In this document: piece by piece, positions 51,110 through 62,734 of the stretch
Position numbering within the stretch: position 1 is the stretch's first letter
Layout: each line of letters opens with the position of its first letter
Assembly: GCF_006345805.1 (NCBI RefSeq)
Contig: NC_043014.1
Span: 30,504,001-30,568,000, forward strand
From: Octopus sinensis
Taxonomy: Eukaryota
DNA: 64,000 nucleotides
Direction: 5' to 3'
Position numbers and translations under genes: made by a program
The notes under the pieces: generated by a model
Database searches by the model: none
Told to the model about the DNA's origin: nothing
The model's input: only the letters and a program-made list of their open reading frames with translations

Positions 51110-52924
51110 TTTGAAATTTTTTCGATAGGAAAAACAAAGATGAAGCTCAATGCAATAAGTGTGATGAGATCATGAAGTCTTCTGGAGGATCTACTATGTC
51201 TCTGATCTTGCACTTGAAGAAAATTCATCAAATTGACATAAATCAAGATGCGAACCAGCCTCCTGTGAAAATGACAAGAACAATGGAACACTTTTTAACA
51301 AAGAAATCAATGGAAGAAAAAGTTTCGAAGTTAGCTGCTATGGATGGATTCTCTTTCAATTCAATCGCGAAAAGCGATTTTATACAGAGAAATCTTCATA
51401 GTCAGAGAGGCAAATATGATAAATTACAACCAGCATCTGCAAACAGAGTCAGGAATATGGTAATGAATTATTACATAACCAAGAAAGAATAACTTATTCA
51501 TTATTTCGAAAAATAAGTAGCGCTGGGGATTCACTACTCATTGACATTGGATGAATACACATCAATTCAAAATAAACAATATATGAACATAAATGTTCAT
51601 GGGAAAGACAATCATTGGTCATTGGGTCTTATTGAGATCCATGGCTCCCTTAATAGCAGGAGAAGAGAGCAATTTATGAGAGGACATCTTCATGAATTTG
51701 GATTGGATTTGGATATACACATTGTTGGCAGTACGATGGATGGTGCTTCTATGATGGTGAAACTCGGAAAAGAAATAAGACCTAATCACCAACAATGTCT
51801 CACACATTGCATACATCTGTCTGTGATTGACATTCTCTATCAAAAAAATATTGAAAATATTGCCTCAACTGATGAGACTGATAAAAAAGTGAAGAGATTG
51901 CTATAACAGACTTAGTGATGATGAAGCTGACATAAGCCAACAAGACATACTTTTTCAAACAGATTTGGCTCACAAAAATGCTTGTTTTCCCCAGCTAAAA
52001 CCTGAATTTAACAAAGTTTTAAACAAGGTAAGAAAAATTTCAAAACTTTTCTGTAAATCTCCTACAAAAAAAGAAATTTTGCAAGATTTTGTATGAGCAA
52101 ACTTTGATAACAGAGAATATAAACTTATACTGGATTGCAGAACTAGGTGGAATAGCACATTCCATATGATTGAGAAATTTTTGAAATTGAAAAGCTGCAT
52201 TCCAAATGCTCTACGAGCAGTACTTTCCACAGATGCCGTAGCTGACGAAGAATGGAAATCTCCCAATTTACTATATGAAATTCTGCATCCAATAGAAATT
52301 ATTTTGAAGGCTATTTGTGCTGATGATACGGATTACTGAAAGTGGAATATTCTATAGAATTTTTATTGAATAAACTTAATATCGTTGGCAAACCTTTGGC
52401 TCTAAATCTTCGTGAAAGACTTATGCATAGATATAATAAGAGAAGAAATGTTGAAACCTTGATTCTCTTGAGGTATTTACATAACTCAAGGAAGTTTAAA
52501 AACAACATTTAAAGAAGTATGCTGAACAAACATATCAGAGATTATTTCCTGAACATGACGCCGAGAACACAACAGAATTATAAAAAGAAAATGAAATAAA
52601 AGGAACCTAAAAACAAGTGTTACTGTTGTCCCATCTACTTACGAAGGTAATGAACTAATGTGCGAATACACAAGCACAATGAAGAAAATGAACGAAGAGC
52701 CCAAGATAGTAACAGATGGATTTGAAATCTCTAAAGAATTTGAATATTTTGAAGCAACTTTGAACAAAAGTGAAAAGCTCAAGAAACTTTATAGAGCATT
52801 GCTTACAATTAAAGCAACTGGTGTCCAGTTGGAAAGAGCTTACAGGGATTTCAACACAAAAATTAGGACAAGTTTGTCAGGTAAAACACTGAACGCATTG
52901 TGTTTTTTAAAAGATTATTTTTGA
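51110..52924 (+). pseudogene. Decayed hAT transposase
   Basis: BED finger (V*NFFD..AQCNKC..GGSTMSLILHLKKIH), LTLDEYTS, TMDGASMM, CLTH, CRTRWNST and ATGVQLERA motifs, broken by stops and frameshifts; AAACCG-like subterminal repeats at 50615-50690. Confidence 0.88.
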
Positions 52925-53949
52925 AGGAAAGTGAATCATCAAGCAAGTCAAGAAACTTGATTGATTCTCAAAAATACGACGACTTGGAAAAACATTGCAT
53001 TCCTGATTAAATAAATATAATACCATTATTTTTTGTTATTGTTTGTACATAAATACAGATACAGGCACCATCAACATATTTGTGGATATCACTGTCTTAG
53101 CTTCCCCTACTATCTTGCTTTACTCACCATCATCATCATTTAACGTCTGTTTTCCATGCTGGCAGAAAGCACCCATACACTCTGTTAAGTGTATGGTGCT
53201 AGGAAGGGCATCCAGCCATAGAAACCATGCCAGAATAGACAATAGAGCTGGTGCAGCCCCTAGCCTTGCCAGCTACAGTCAAACCATCCAACCCATGCCA
53301 GCATGAAAAACAGATGTCAAATGATATGGTGATATAGATATATATTTGAAAGTCTATGAGAATTAATAGTTTTGAAGTGTAAAAGAGATTTTCTTTTATA
53401 ATTATGTTTTAAAAAAATGTTAGGAAATCTTATATCAGGAGGTTACAAACCATTCTGGGAAGAAGTTTTTTCTAGAGTGTGAGCACTTTCCCAGTCCAAT
53501 CTGTAAGGCGGTTGGTGTTAGGGAGGGCATCCAGCCATAAAAACCATGCCAAACAGACAGTGAAGTCTGGTGCAGCCTTCTAGCTTGCCAGTTCACCAAC
53601 TTAAAATCCCCTACAGTCTTACCTTCCCTCACTGTCTTATCATTCCCCATTGGCTTTACATATTATTGACACTGAAAAACTAAAACGATAGTGAATGTTG
53701 GTGGAGTTTTAACTCGGAATATACAAAAATGAAATTAAACTGTAGGATAGTTCATCAACATGCTACTATTTCTGCCTCATGATACTGACTTCACACATAG
53801 CACACTATGACAAGTCAACCATTTAACCCAGGACACTAATAACTTGTGGTAATAAGCCAATTCATGTTTGCCTCAGACTTTTTCTCCTTGTAACCTCTCA
53901 AGTCCAAGAAAGATGATTCTGAAATTTCTTGCTGAACAAATTGTACATA

Positions 53950-54245
53950 GGCGCAAGAGTGGTTGTGTGATAAGTAGCTTGCTTACCAACCACATGGTTC
54001 CAGGTTCAGTCCCACTGTGTGGCACCTTGGGCAAGTGTCTTCTACTATAGCCTCAGGCCAACCAAAGCTTTGTGAGTGGATTTGGTAGACAGAAACTGAA
54101 AAGAAGCCCGTCGTATATATGTATATACGATAGAATAAGTACTAGGCTTACAAAGAATAAGTCCTGGAGTCAATTTGGTCGACTAAAGTGGTGCTCTAGC
54201 ATGGCTGCAGTCAAATGACTGAAACAAGTAAAAGAGTAAAGAGAG
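53950..54245 (+). mobile_element. SINE family A, middle segment deleted
   Basis: Head and tail are joined directly through a short TA tract. Confidence 0.85.
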
Positions 54246-54608
54246 ATGGTTTGTTTATAGAGATTAAATGTTTGGTCTGTACATGAATTCACACCCTCAA
54301 TTAAATCGACATCTCCTGTACAAGCACACAGTGCACTACATTTCAAATGTCAAAGTGATTGCATAGCAATGTGAAATGAAGTGTTTCTCTCAAGAACACA
54401 ATGCACTGCCTGATCTGGGAATTGAAACCACGATCTTGCGAGTGTGAGTGCAACGGCCTAACCACTAGGCCACATGCCCTCAGACTACTATACCAATGTT
54501 GACTTGTCACATTTGCACAAGACCACAAACATGTACAGAAGTTGATGCAGTGATCCTAGGACATAACTGGTATTGATTTCATTGACCCCCTTTAGAGGTT
54601 GACAAGAC

Positions 54609-54838
54609 GGCGAGCTGGCAGAAACATTAGCACACCGGGCGAAATGCTTAGCGGTATTTCGTCTGCTGCTATGTTCTGAGTTCAAATTCCGCCAAGGTCA
54701 ACTTTGCCTTTCATCCTTTCGGGGGCGATAAATTAAGTACCAGTTACACACTGGGGTCGATATAATTGACTTAATCCGTTTGTCTGTCCTTGTTTGTCCC
54801 CTCTGTGTGTAGCCCCTTGTGGGCAGTAAAGAAATAGG
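54609..54838 (+). mobile_element. SINE family B, young
   Basis: Full-length match to the family consensus. Confidence 0.9.
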
Positions 54839-55168
54839 AAAAGACTGACTAAGTGGGGAAGAGTAGCTTAACCCTTTAGCATTCAGATTATTCTGTCAAA
54901 TGTAATGTTTATTTAATCACAATTTTCAATTAATTATTTGTTATCTTGCAGCTTTGAGATTTTGATGATGTAATTGCTTAGCTTTAGAATGACATCAAAA
55001 GATAGGTGTGAGAGTCTGGATCTGGCTGGTTTGAACATAAAACAGGTAGGAAATTTTGAGCCAGATATGGCTAGTTTAAATGCTAAAGGGTTCGACTCAG
55101 AACACATGAAAATAAAACTCAATACTTTAAGGCCTCTGAAACTTTAACCATTTCAGAAATTCAATATT

Positions 55169-55400
55169 CTATTTCTTTACTACCCACAAGGGGTTAAACA
55201 CAGAGAGGACAAACAAGGACAGACAAACGGATTAAGCCGACTATATCGACCCCAGTGCGTAACTGGTACTTATTTAATCGACCCTGAAAGGATGAAAGGC
55301 AAAGTCGACCTCGGCGGAATTTGAACTCTGAACGTAACAGCAGACCAAATACGGCTACGCATTTCGCTCAGCGTACTAACGTTTCTACCAGCTCGCTGCC
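55169..55400 (-). mobile_element. SINE family B, young
   Basis: Reverse-complement match to 54609-54838. Confidence 0.9.
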
Positions 55401-56038
55401 AATATTCTGTCGTTCTCCACATGACTAAATATTAAAGGGAATATCTCTACATAGGCACAACTTACTAAAAATAGCAGCTTATTCTCCATCAAATCACAAC
55501 CTACCTTCTTCAAAAAGGAAGGAGACAACTATATCTAGTGTTTTGTTGTTCTGGGTACACTATATCTTAAACAAAATGTGAATAGTCATGACTTGAATGA
55601 CTTTGTAGGTTTGCATAATCACAAGTGACCTGCAAGTAAACAACATCAGAAAGACGCTTAAGTACTAAATTGCTTTAAGTACACACAAGGTCGATTTTCG
55701 CAGAAGGGTGGAGATATAGTCATTTGAATACCACCCAGTTTATCACTGGTGCTTATTTAATCAAACCTTCAGAGGAGATATTAAGATAAAGTAAGATGAG
55801 ATTTGATCTCTGGATGTTGTTGAGAGACAACTAAATACTGCACCACATTAAATCTATTTCCAATTGCTCCAAAAACTGTCTCTGAAAACGGATTCCAGTT
55901 TGTAGGGTGAAAAGAATATTATCAGAAATTTTAGAAACATCCTTCAATAATAATTTTTCTGGTTTTTTTTTTTAAAGTGTGCATGGAAATGTGATAAATA
56001 CTGATCAACAGAGGAAAAGGAGAAGGATGGGGGGATGG

Positions 56039-56074
<36 letters not shown>

Positions 56075-56759
56075 GTAACACAGGGAAAAACTACATTGAT
56101 TTTTCTGTCAGCCAGACTGCCAGGCAGACAATATAAAATTATATAAATCTCAAACTCACTTTGTTAATCACCCTACAAATCCACGACTACCACCACCACC
56201 ACCAGCACCACCACTTGCAACAATTTCACCATCATCTTCAACATCACCACCAACACCATCAAAGCTTCTAATGCAAACATCAACACTGGCACCACCCCCA
56301 TCAAATTTACCAACCACCCACCACCACCACCACCTCGTACACAGACATTGCGATAATCCTCTAACAATATAACTGAATTTGTCGCAGTATAAAATATATC
56401 CGAAGTCGGTTAACAAAATTTGTAAACAGAACAATAAACTATAAACAATTTGTAACATCACAGTCATACTGCAATTAACTTCAATCAATATGTGCACTTT
56501 TATTCCCCATCTTCTTGCTGCTGTCTTTGTCGCTGTTGCTTGTTGTTACAAATAATTCTTGATTTCTATTTTTTGCTTATTTTTTCTTGTGTGTATGCAT
56601 GCGTGTATGCATGTGGGTGTGACTCATGCATGCTGTGTGTGTGTGAAACTAAACATGTGCAAATGCATATATGTGTGCATATATATATATATATATATAT
56701 AGACAGATAGATAGATATAGAATATATAAAATATATATATATATATGCATATATATGTG

Positions 56760-56930
56760 TATGAATGCATATATGTGTGAGTATGTATGCATATATATAT
56801 GTGTATGTAAGCATGCATATATATGTGTATGTAAGCATGCATATATATATGTGTATGTAAGCATGCATATATATATGTGTATGTAAGCATGCATATATAT
56901 ATGTGTATGTAAGCATGCATATATATATGT
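56760..56930. repeat. Minisatellite (gcatatatat(at)gtgtatgtaagcat) x5
   Basis: Direct reading of the sequence. Confidence 0.85.
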
Positions 56931-56939
56931 ATGTATGTA

Positions 56940-56987
<48 letters not shown>

Positions 56988-57691
56988 TATAGATGTTTAC
57001 ATAAGCATATATGAACACAAATAAGTGTGAATGTGGGGGCGGTCAGATTTACAGCAACTATATTCAGTTAAATTAGGATCTTCTGTGACTGCTTCACTTT
57101 CTTTTTTTCATTCTATCTCTGAGACGATTGATCTCAAAACAGTAAACATCTGTCTAGAATTTATCAAATTCCTGTTAGTCCAGTTCACTGCATTGTACAT
57201 GGTTCCAAATCAACAACAACAGCAGTAACAACACCTGTCACCATTTCCTTCATGTTGAATCTAATTTTACATCTGCGTGAAATTATATGCCACATGGTCC
57301 CATCTCTATTTATATATATATATTTTTTTCCCTACTCTAGGCACAAGGCCTGAAATTTGGGGGGAGGGGGCCAGTTGATTTTTGGGGAGGGGGCCAGTCG
57401 AGGGGCCAACTGGTACTTAATTTATCAACCCTGAAATAATGAAAGGCAAAATCAAAAGTCAAAATTTATAGACAACAAAATGTATATAAGCACAGGTGTG
57501 GCTGCATGGTATGAAGCTTGCTTCCTAACCACATGGTTCCAGGTTCAGTCCCACTGCACGGCATCTTAGGCAAGCATCTTCTACTATAATCCTGAATCAA
57601 CAAAAGCCTTGTAAGAGAACTTGATAGAGAGAAACCGAAAGAAGCCCATCGTGTGTGTATATATATATACACACACACACACACATATACA

Positions 57692-58932
57692 CAGGTGTTG
57701 CACAGAATAATGGAAACACCTAGCCTCATAGCATCATAATTTTGAAATATCTATAAAACTGTTAAAAGTTTGTTTATTTTTATATTTTTTTAATTTATTA
57801 TTAGTGTTGCTTAAGATGCTTTGCTAAAATTGCTGTTTCTTTTCTGATATTATCAGAAATAAAATTCATTAAAATGACAAATCTATTGGACTTTCAAAGA
57901 GGTCAAATTGTTGGTGCTCGTTTGGTAGGCACTAGTGTAATGAAAACAGCCAAAATGTTTAGTGTATCAAGAAGTACTGTCTTGAAAGTAGGGGGGAAAA
58001 AACCTCCACGTCGAAACAAAACTCTGGAAGAAAACCAAAACTTTCAGATAGGGACTGTCAGACTCTTACACATATTGTTAGAAAGGATCATAAAAGTACA
58101 GCTCCCAAAATTACTACAGAGCTTAATGACCACTTCGAGAAACCAGCTTCCAGAAAAACTGTTCGCTAGGAGCTGCACAGAGCTGGATTTCATGGAAGGG
58201 TTGCAATCAGAAAATCACTACTTTCAAAAACAAACGTTGCAAAGCATTTAGAGTGGAGTGAAAACCTACAGAATTGGTCCCTAACACAGTGGAAGAATGT
58301 TATTTTCTTGGACGAATCATCCTTTACCTTACTTCCGACCACCAGCCAAGCATACATGTGGAGACAGCCAAAAGAAGCATTTGACCCAGACTGCTTTCTT
58401 CCAACTGTTAAACACGGAGGAGGATCTGTTGGGGCTATATCTTGGAAATCTGCTGGCCCGATGGTTTCCCTTCATGGTAGAATTATTAGTCAAGACTATT
58501 TAAGCATTTTATCTGATCAAATTCATCCTGTGGTTGTGGAACTGTTTCCAGAGGGAAATGCAATCTTTCAGGATGATAATGCACCAATTCACACAGATAA
58601 AGTTGTTACTGAATGGCATGAGGAACATTCTAGTGAAGTCAAACATCTTATCTGGCCACCACAGTCAACAGATCTCAATATTATTGAACATTTACGGTGC
58701 ATTTTAGAAAAACAAGTAAGGAGTCAATATCTTCCACCATCATCACTACAAGAACTGGAGACTATTTTAGTTGATGAATGGACAAACATTTCTTTGGAAA
58801 CAATTCAAACTTTGTACGAGTCCGTACCTCATAGAATTCAAGCTGCAATTAGTGCCAAAGGTGGTCCTACACCATATTAAAATAAATTTGTTTGAAATTT
58901 TAAGGTGTTTCCATTATTTTGTCCAACTCCTG
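57692..58932 (+). mobile_element. Full-length, decayed Tc1/mariner transposon with DD36E triad (Incomer-type)
   Basis: About 29-bp TIRs CAGG(T/A)GTTG(C/G)ACA(G/A)AATAATGGAAACACC; TA on the right flank and CA (mutated) on the left; paired-type N-terminus LLDFQRGQIVGARL; DESSF...DDNAPIH...DLNIIE with 36 residues between the second D and E; frameshifts and a stop. Confidence 0.92.
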
Positions 58933-59119
58933 TATATATTGACATTTAGCAGAAGCAACAGAGTGACTCAAAGGCCAAGAATTTCATGTTTGATAAGTCC
59001 CAACACATGAAACTCTTGGTCCTTGAGTCACTGTATTGCATCTACTAAATATTAATACAAATACACATATACTCATAGCTTAAGTTCTATTTTTCTTGCA
59101 TGAATCAGCAAACCTATAT

Positions 59120-59508
59120 ATACATATATCATCATTATTTAATGTCTGCTTTCCATGCTGATATGGGTTAAATGGTTTGGCTGGAACTTGTAAACCAGAG
59201 AGCTGTACCAGGTTCCAGTCTGATTTGGCATAGTATCTACAGCTGGATGCCATTCCTAATGCCAACCACTCCAATAATGTAATGGGTGCCTTTTACATAC
59301 CACTGGCATGGGTGCTTTTATGTACCACCAGCACAGGTTCACTAACATGTCACTGGCACTGGCCACAACTACGATTTCACTTGGCTTGATGAGTCTTCTC
59401 AAGCACAAATCACCAAAGGTCTCAACCACTTATCATCACCTCGGTGAGATCCAACATTCAAAGATCATACTTCACCACTTCATCCCATGTCTTCCTGGAT
59501 CTACCTCA
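59120..59508 (-). mobile_element. RTE LINE 3' end (source of the family C (GAT)n-tailed repeat)
   Basis: RGRSRKTWDEVVKYDL..L.LTE remnant, then the ggaagggcatccagc 3'UTR and (GAT)n-like tail. Confidence 0.75.
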
Positions 59509-60430
59509 TCTATATATATAAAATTCTTTGTCTGTTCCCAATACATTCTCAAACAGCTCAGCCAAATCAAATCAAATTTTACATGGTAATAGTATCACAC
59601 CCCATGAGTGTCAACATGTAATTTTATTCATTTGGATTAAAACAATAGAACATTGGCAATGGTTCAGTATTATGTGTTAAAAGTGAAAGAATAACATCTA
59701 TATTGTAATGTGTATTATAGTGTTTCACTTTTATTCTTTCAGTTTAATTCTGATGTGATAAGACTATTATATAGTTTCACTTTTATTCTTTCATTTTTTA
59801 ACTCTAATTATATCCCAATGTGAACAACATTACGCATCGGCAACTTTCCATCTTTACAGTCACGACAGCAGAGTGGTATATCAGTGTATGTGTGTTGACT
59901 GACATAACGAATGGCTAGAGGTGAGGGGACAGGCCCAAGGTATATAAAAATACACATTTACTGTTCAATTGCCAGTTAATAATTATTGCAGCAGTTGCAA
60001 ATGGAGCCTCAAGACAGAAGTGAGATGAGACTTTCCCAAGATCAGCAAATTCATGCTATAACACATCAGATGGAGTTTCAAGAGAGAAGGGAGATTACAC
60101 TTTCCCAAGATCAGCAAAAGCATATTGCAACACATCAAATGGAGTCTCAAGAAAGAAGGAAGACGAGACTTTCCCAAGATCAGCAAACACATGCTGCAGC
60201 ACTTAATTCTTTATCACAAAATACCAACCCCTTTTGAATGCATCCACAACAAATGATACTGTCACCAGGGCCTTAGAATAACACCCACACAAATATTAAA
60301 AACAATATATTCAAAACAGTCACCTCAACAATTTAATCAGAACAATTTCAATCACTACTATATCCACAAGGAGTCACTTTTAGGTCAATTGACCATTTAA
60401 GTGGATTGCATCAACATCCTGCTACTGTCA
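59509..60430 (+). mobile_element. Helitron-like remnant with three 23-aa STPR-type repeats
   Basis: Begins A|TCTATATATATAAAA. ORF 59986-60237 has 69-bp periodic repeats QMEPQDRSEMRLSQDQQIHAITH / QMEFQERREITLSQDQQKHIATH / QMESQERRKTRLSQDQQTHAAAL. No 3' CTRR end located. Confidence 0.6.
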
Positions 60431-61320
60431 TACCACTCCAGCATTCTTTTCTTCTTCTCTGCTACCTCCTTTCTCTACTACTACTGCTGCTTAAACAATC
60501 AAAAACATGAATTCATATCAAACAGGCTGCTGCTAACCACCTAGAACCCACAAGAGTAAAAAAGAGACAGCAACAGGCAGAAAAAGAGGGAAATGCCCCT
60601 TGCATTTGAAAACTGTGGAAATACATTTAAAAAAAAACCTTTCATTTAATTTTTCCATAATTTAATTGTTTTCATACTTTAATCTAAGTTGAAAAAGTTG
60701 CAATGACTGAAACTGATACTAAAATGTTTTTCATAAAATTATTTTAGTATTTTCTACCTTGTCTTATTTTCCTAATACATATCAACTCATGTGTTCCTTT
60801 TAAATCTTCTACACACACACACATTTCCTCATAGCTTAGCAGTTCAGTAGAAGAGACTGGTAGACTAAGTACTGGAGTTCATTTTTCAACTTAACCCTTC
60901 GTGGCTGTGCACTAGCATAGGTGCAGTTCAATGACTAAAACAGGTAAAAGATACAAGGTACACCCAATACACACAAAGCTCACATTCAGGTCCTTAAATA
61001 CAATTGGAAAACACTTGCACAAATATTTGCAAATAAGCTGGTTCAAATCCTGCCTTAAGAATAATTTGGAGATGAAGTAGAAGCTTCCACTGGTAGAGGC
61101 TGCAGCACTAAATTCTTTATCACAAAATACCAACCCCTTTTGAATGCATCCACAACAAATGATACTGTCACCAAGGCCTTAGAATAACACCCATGTTATA
61201 TATTCAAAACAGTCACCTCAAGAATTTAATCAGAACAATTTCAATCACTACTATCATCTACAAGGAGTCACTTTTAGGTCAATTGACCATTTAAGTGGAT
61301 TCCATCAACATCCTGCTACT
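60193..61320. repeat. Dispersed direct duplication of about 230 bp (60193-60426 / 61099-61320)
   Basis: gctgcagcac...catcctgctact occurs twice with few differences. Confidence 0.9.
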
Positions 61321-62287
61321 CCTGCATTGTTGTTGTTGTTCTTAACCTCAGGTCATGTAGAACTGGTGGAGTTTCAGAATTGCTCACCCACATAAGTTGT
61401 ACTTTCTCAATTTGTGCTGAGATTTTCAAATTTTTTTTTGCACCATGCACGTCAAAATGAGGGTGAGAAGTCATTTCTGAAAATTTTTTTTTTATCTTTT
61501 CTTTATTTTACTTTACTAGTTTCAGCTTAAAAGTTGTAGCCATGCTGGGGCACTGCCATTAGTTTTGCTACACTTTCACATCTTTTACTTGTTTCCCATC
61601 CTGGGACACTGCCTCGAAGAAATTTTAATCAAATGAATTAACTGGTACTTATTCTTTCTTTTAAGCCTGATAGTTATTCTATCACTCTCTTTTGATGAAC
61701 TGCTAAGTTATAGGGATGTAAACACACCAACACTCATCAAATGGAAGTGGGGGACAAACATAGATACATAATCACACACAAACATGCATACACACACATA
61801 CATACCTCCATCTACCAAATCCACTCATAAGCTTTGGTCAGCCGAGGTTATTGTAGAGGTATTGAACCCAGAACAGTGTGATTAGAAAGCTTCTTATCAC
61901 ACAGCCATTCCTGTCCATAGTTTTTAAACATGCTCACCCCCATACCTTCATGACAACCCCCACTTTTAGAAAAATTTTTCCTCCCTCATTTGTTATTATG
62001 TTCCTTATTCTGAAACAAATGTAATCCAAATTTTTAGAGGAAGAAGAAAAAATTTAAATCCATGATTTTAAACATGCCCTCTTCCTAAAACAGAAACCAC
62101 CACTGAAATATTTTTTTTTTAGTATTTTTTTAGTCATTCTATTATATCCCACATTCTCAAACACTTGGAAATCTCATTTAAAATAGAACAAAAATTCTTA
62201 CTTCCTTTCTTCATTATACAATTAAAAAAAATGTCAAACACCACAAGCTGATGCAGGAAAAATGAAATTTGAATTTTGAAAGAAGTA

Positions 62288-62596
62288 CCGTATATACTCA
62301 AGGATATGTCACATTTATTTTGCAAAAAATTCTGATAAAAATGAGGGTTGTAACCTTTCCACTCGACATCACAGGGATCTGAAGTAAACTTCCACAGAAA
62401 TGTTTTAATATTTGTAAGCAAAGTTTTGAAATAAAGGTGAATATTTGATAATATTTAACAAATATTAGTTATATTTATGTTATAAGGGGCCATTGTAACT
62501 CCCCAGATTATAGTGCAACCTATGTGCAAGTCAACCACAAATACCTACTTTGACAACCCCAAACTAAGAGTGCAATCTATCTGCGAGAATATATGG
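62288..62596. mobile_element. Tc1/pogo-type MITE
   Basis: TA|CCGTATATACTC ... GAGAATATATGG|TA. Confidence 0.55.
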
Positions 62597-62734
62597 TACC
62601 TATAAAATGATAATTTTGGTAATTTAAAATGTAGGAAACAATATTTTTGATTAAAGTATAATGGGACCGAAAATATATCTTGTTTTCCTTTCTCTCTATC
62701 AAATAACAACAATAAATTACAGTAGTCTCTTATT

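Noticed and set aside
6443-57018. Numerous ORFs rich in YIYI, THTH, CVCV, MMMM or HHHH in the supplied track
   Set aside because: They are translations of (TA)n, (CA)n and (GAT)n microsatellites and SINE bodies
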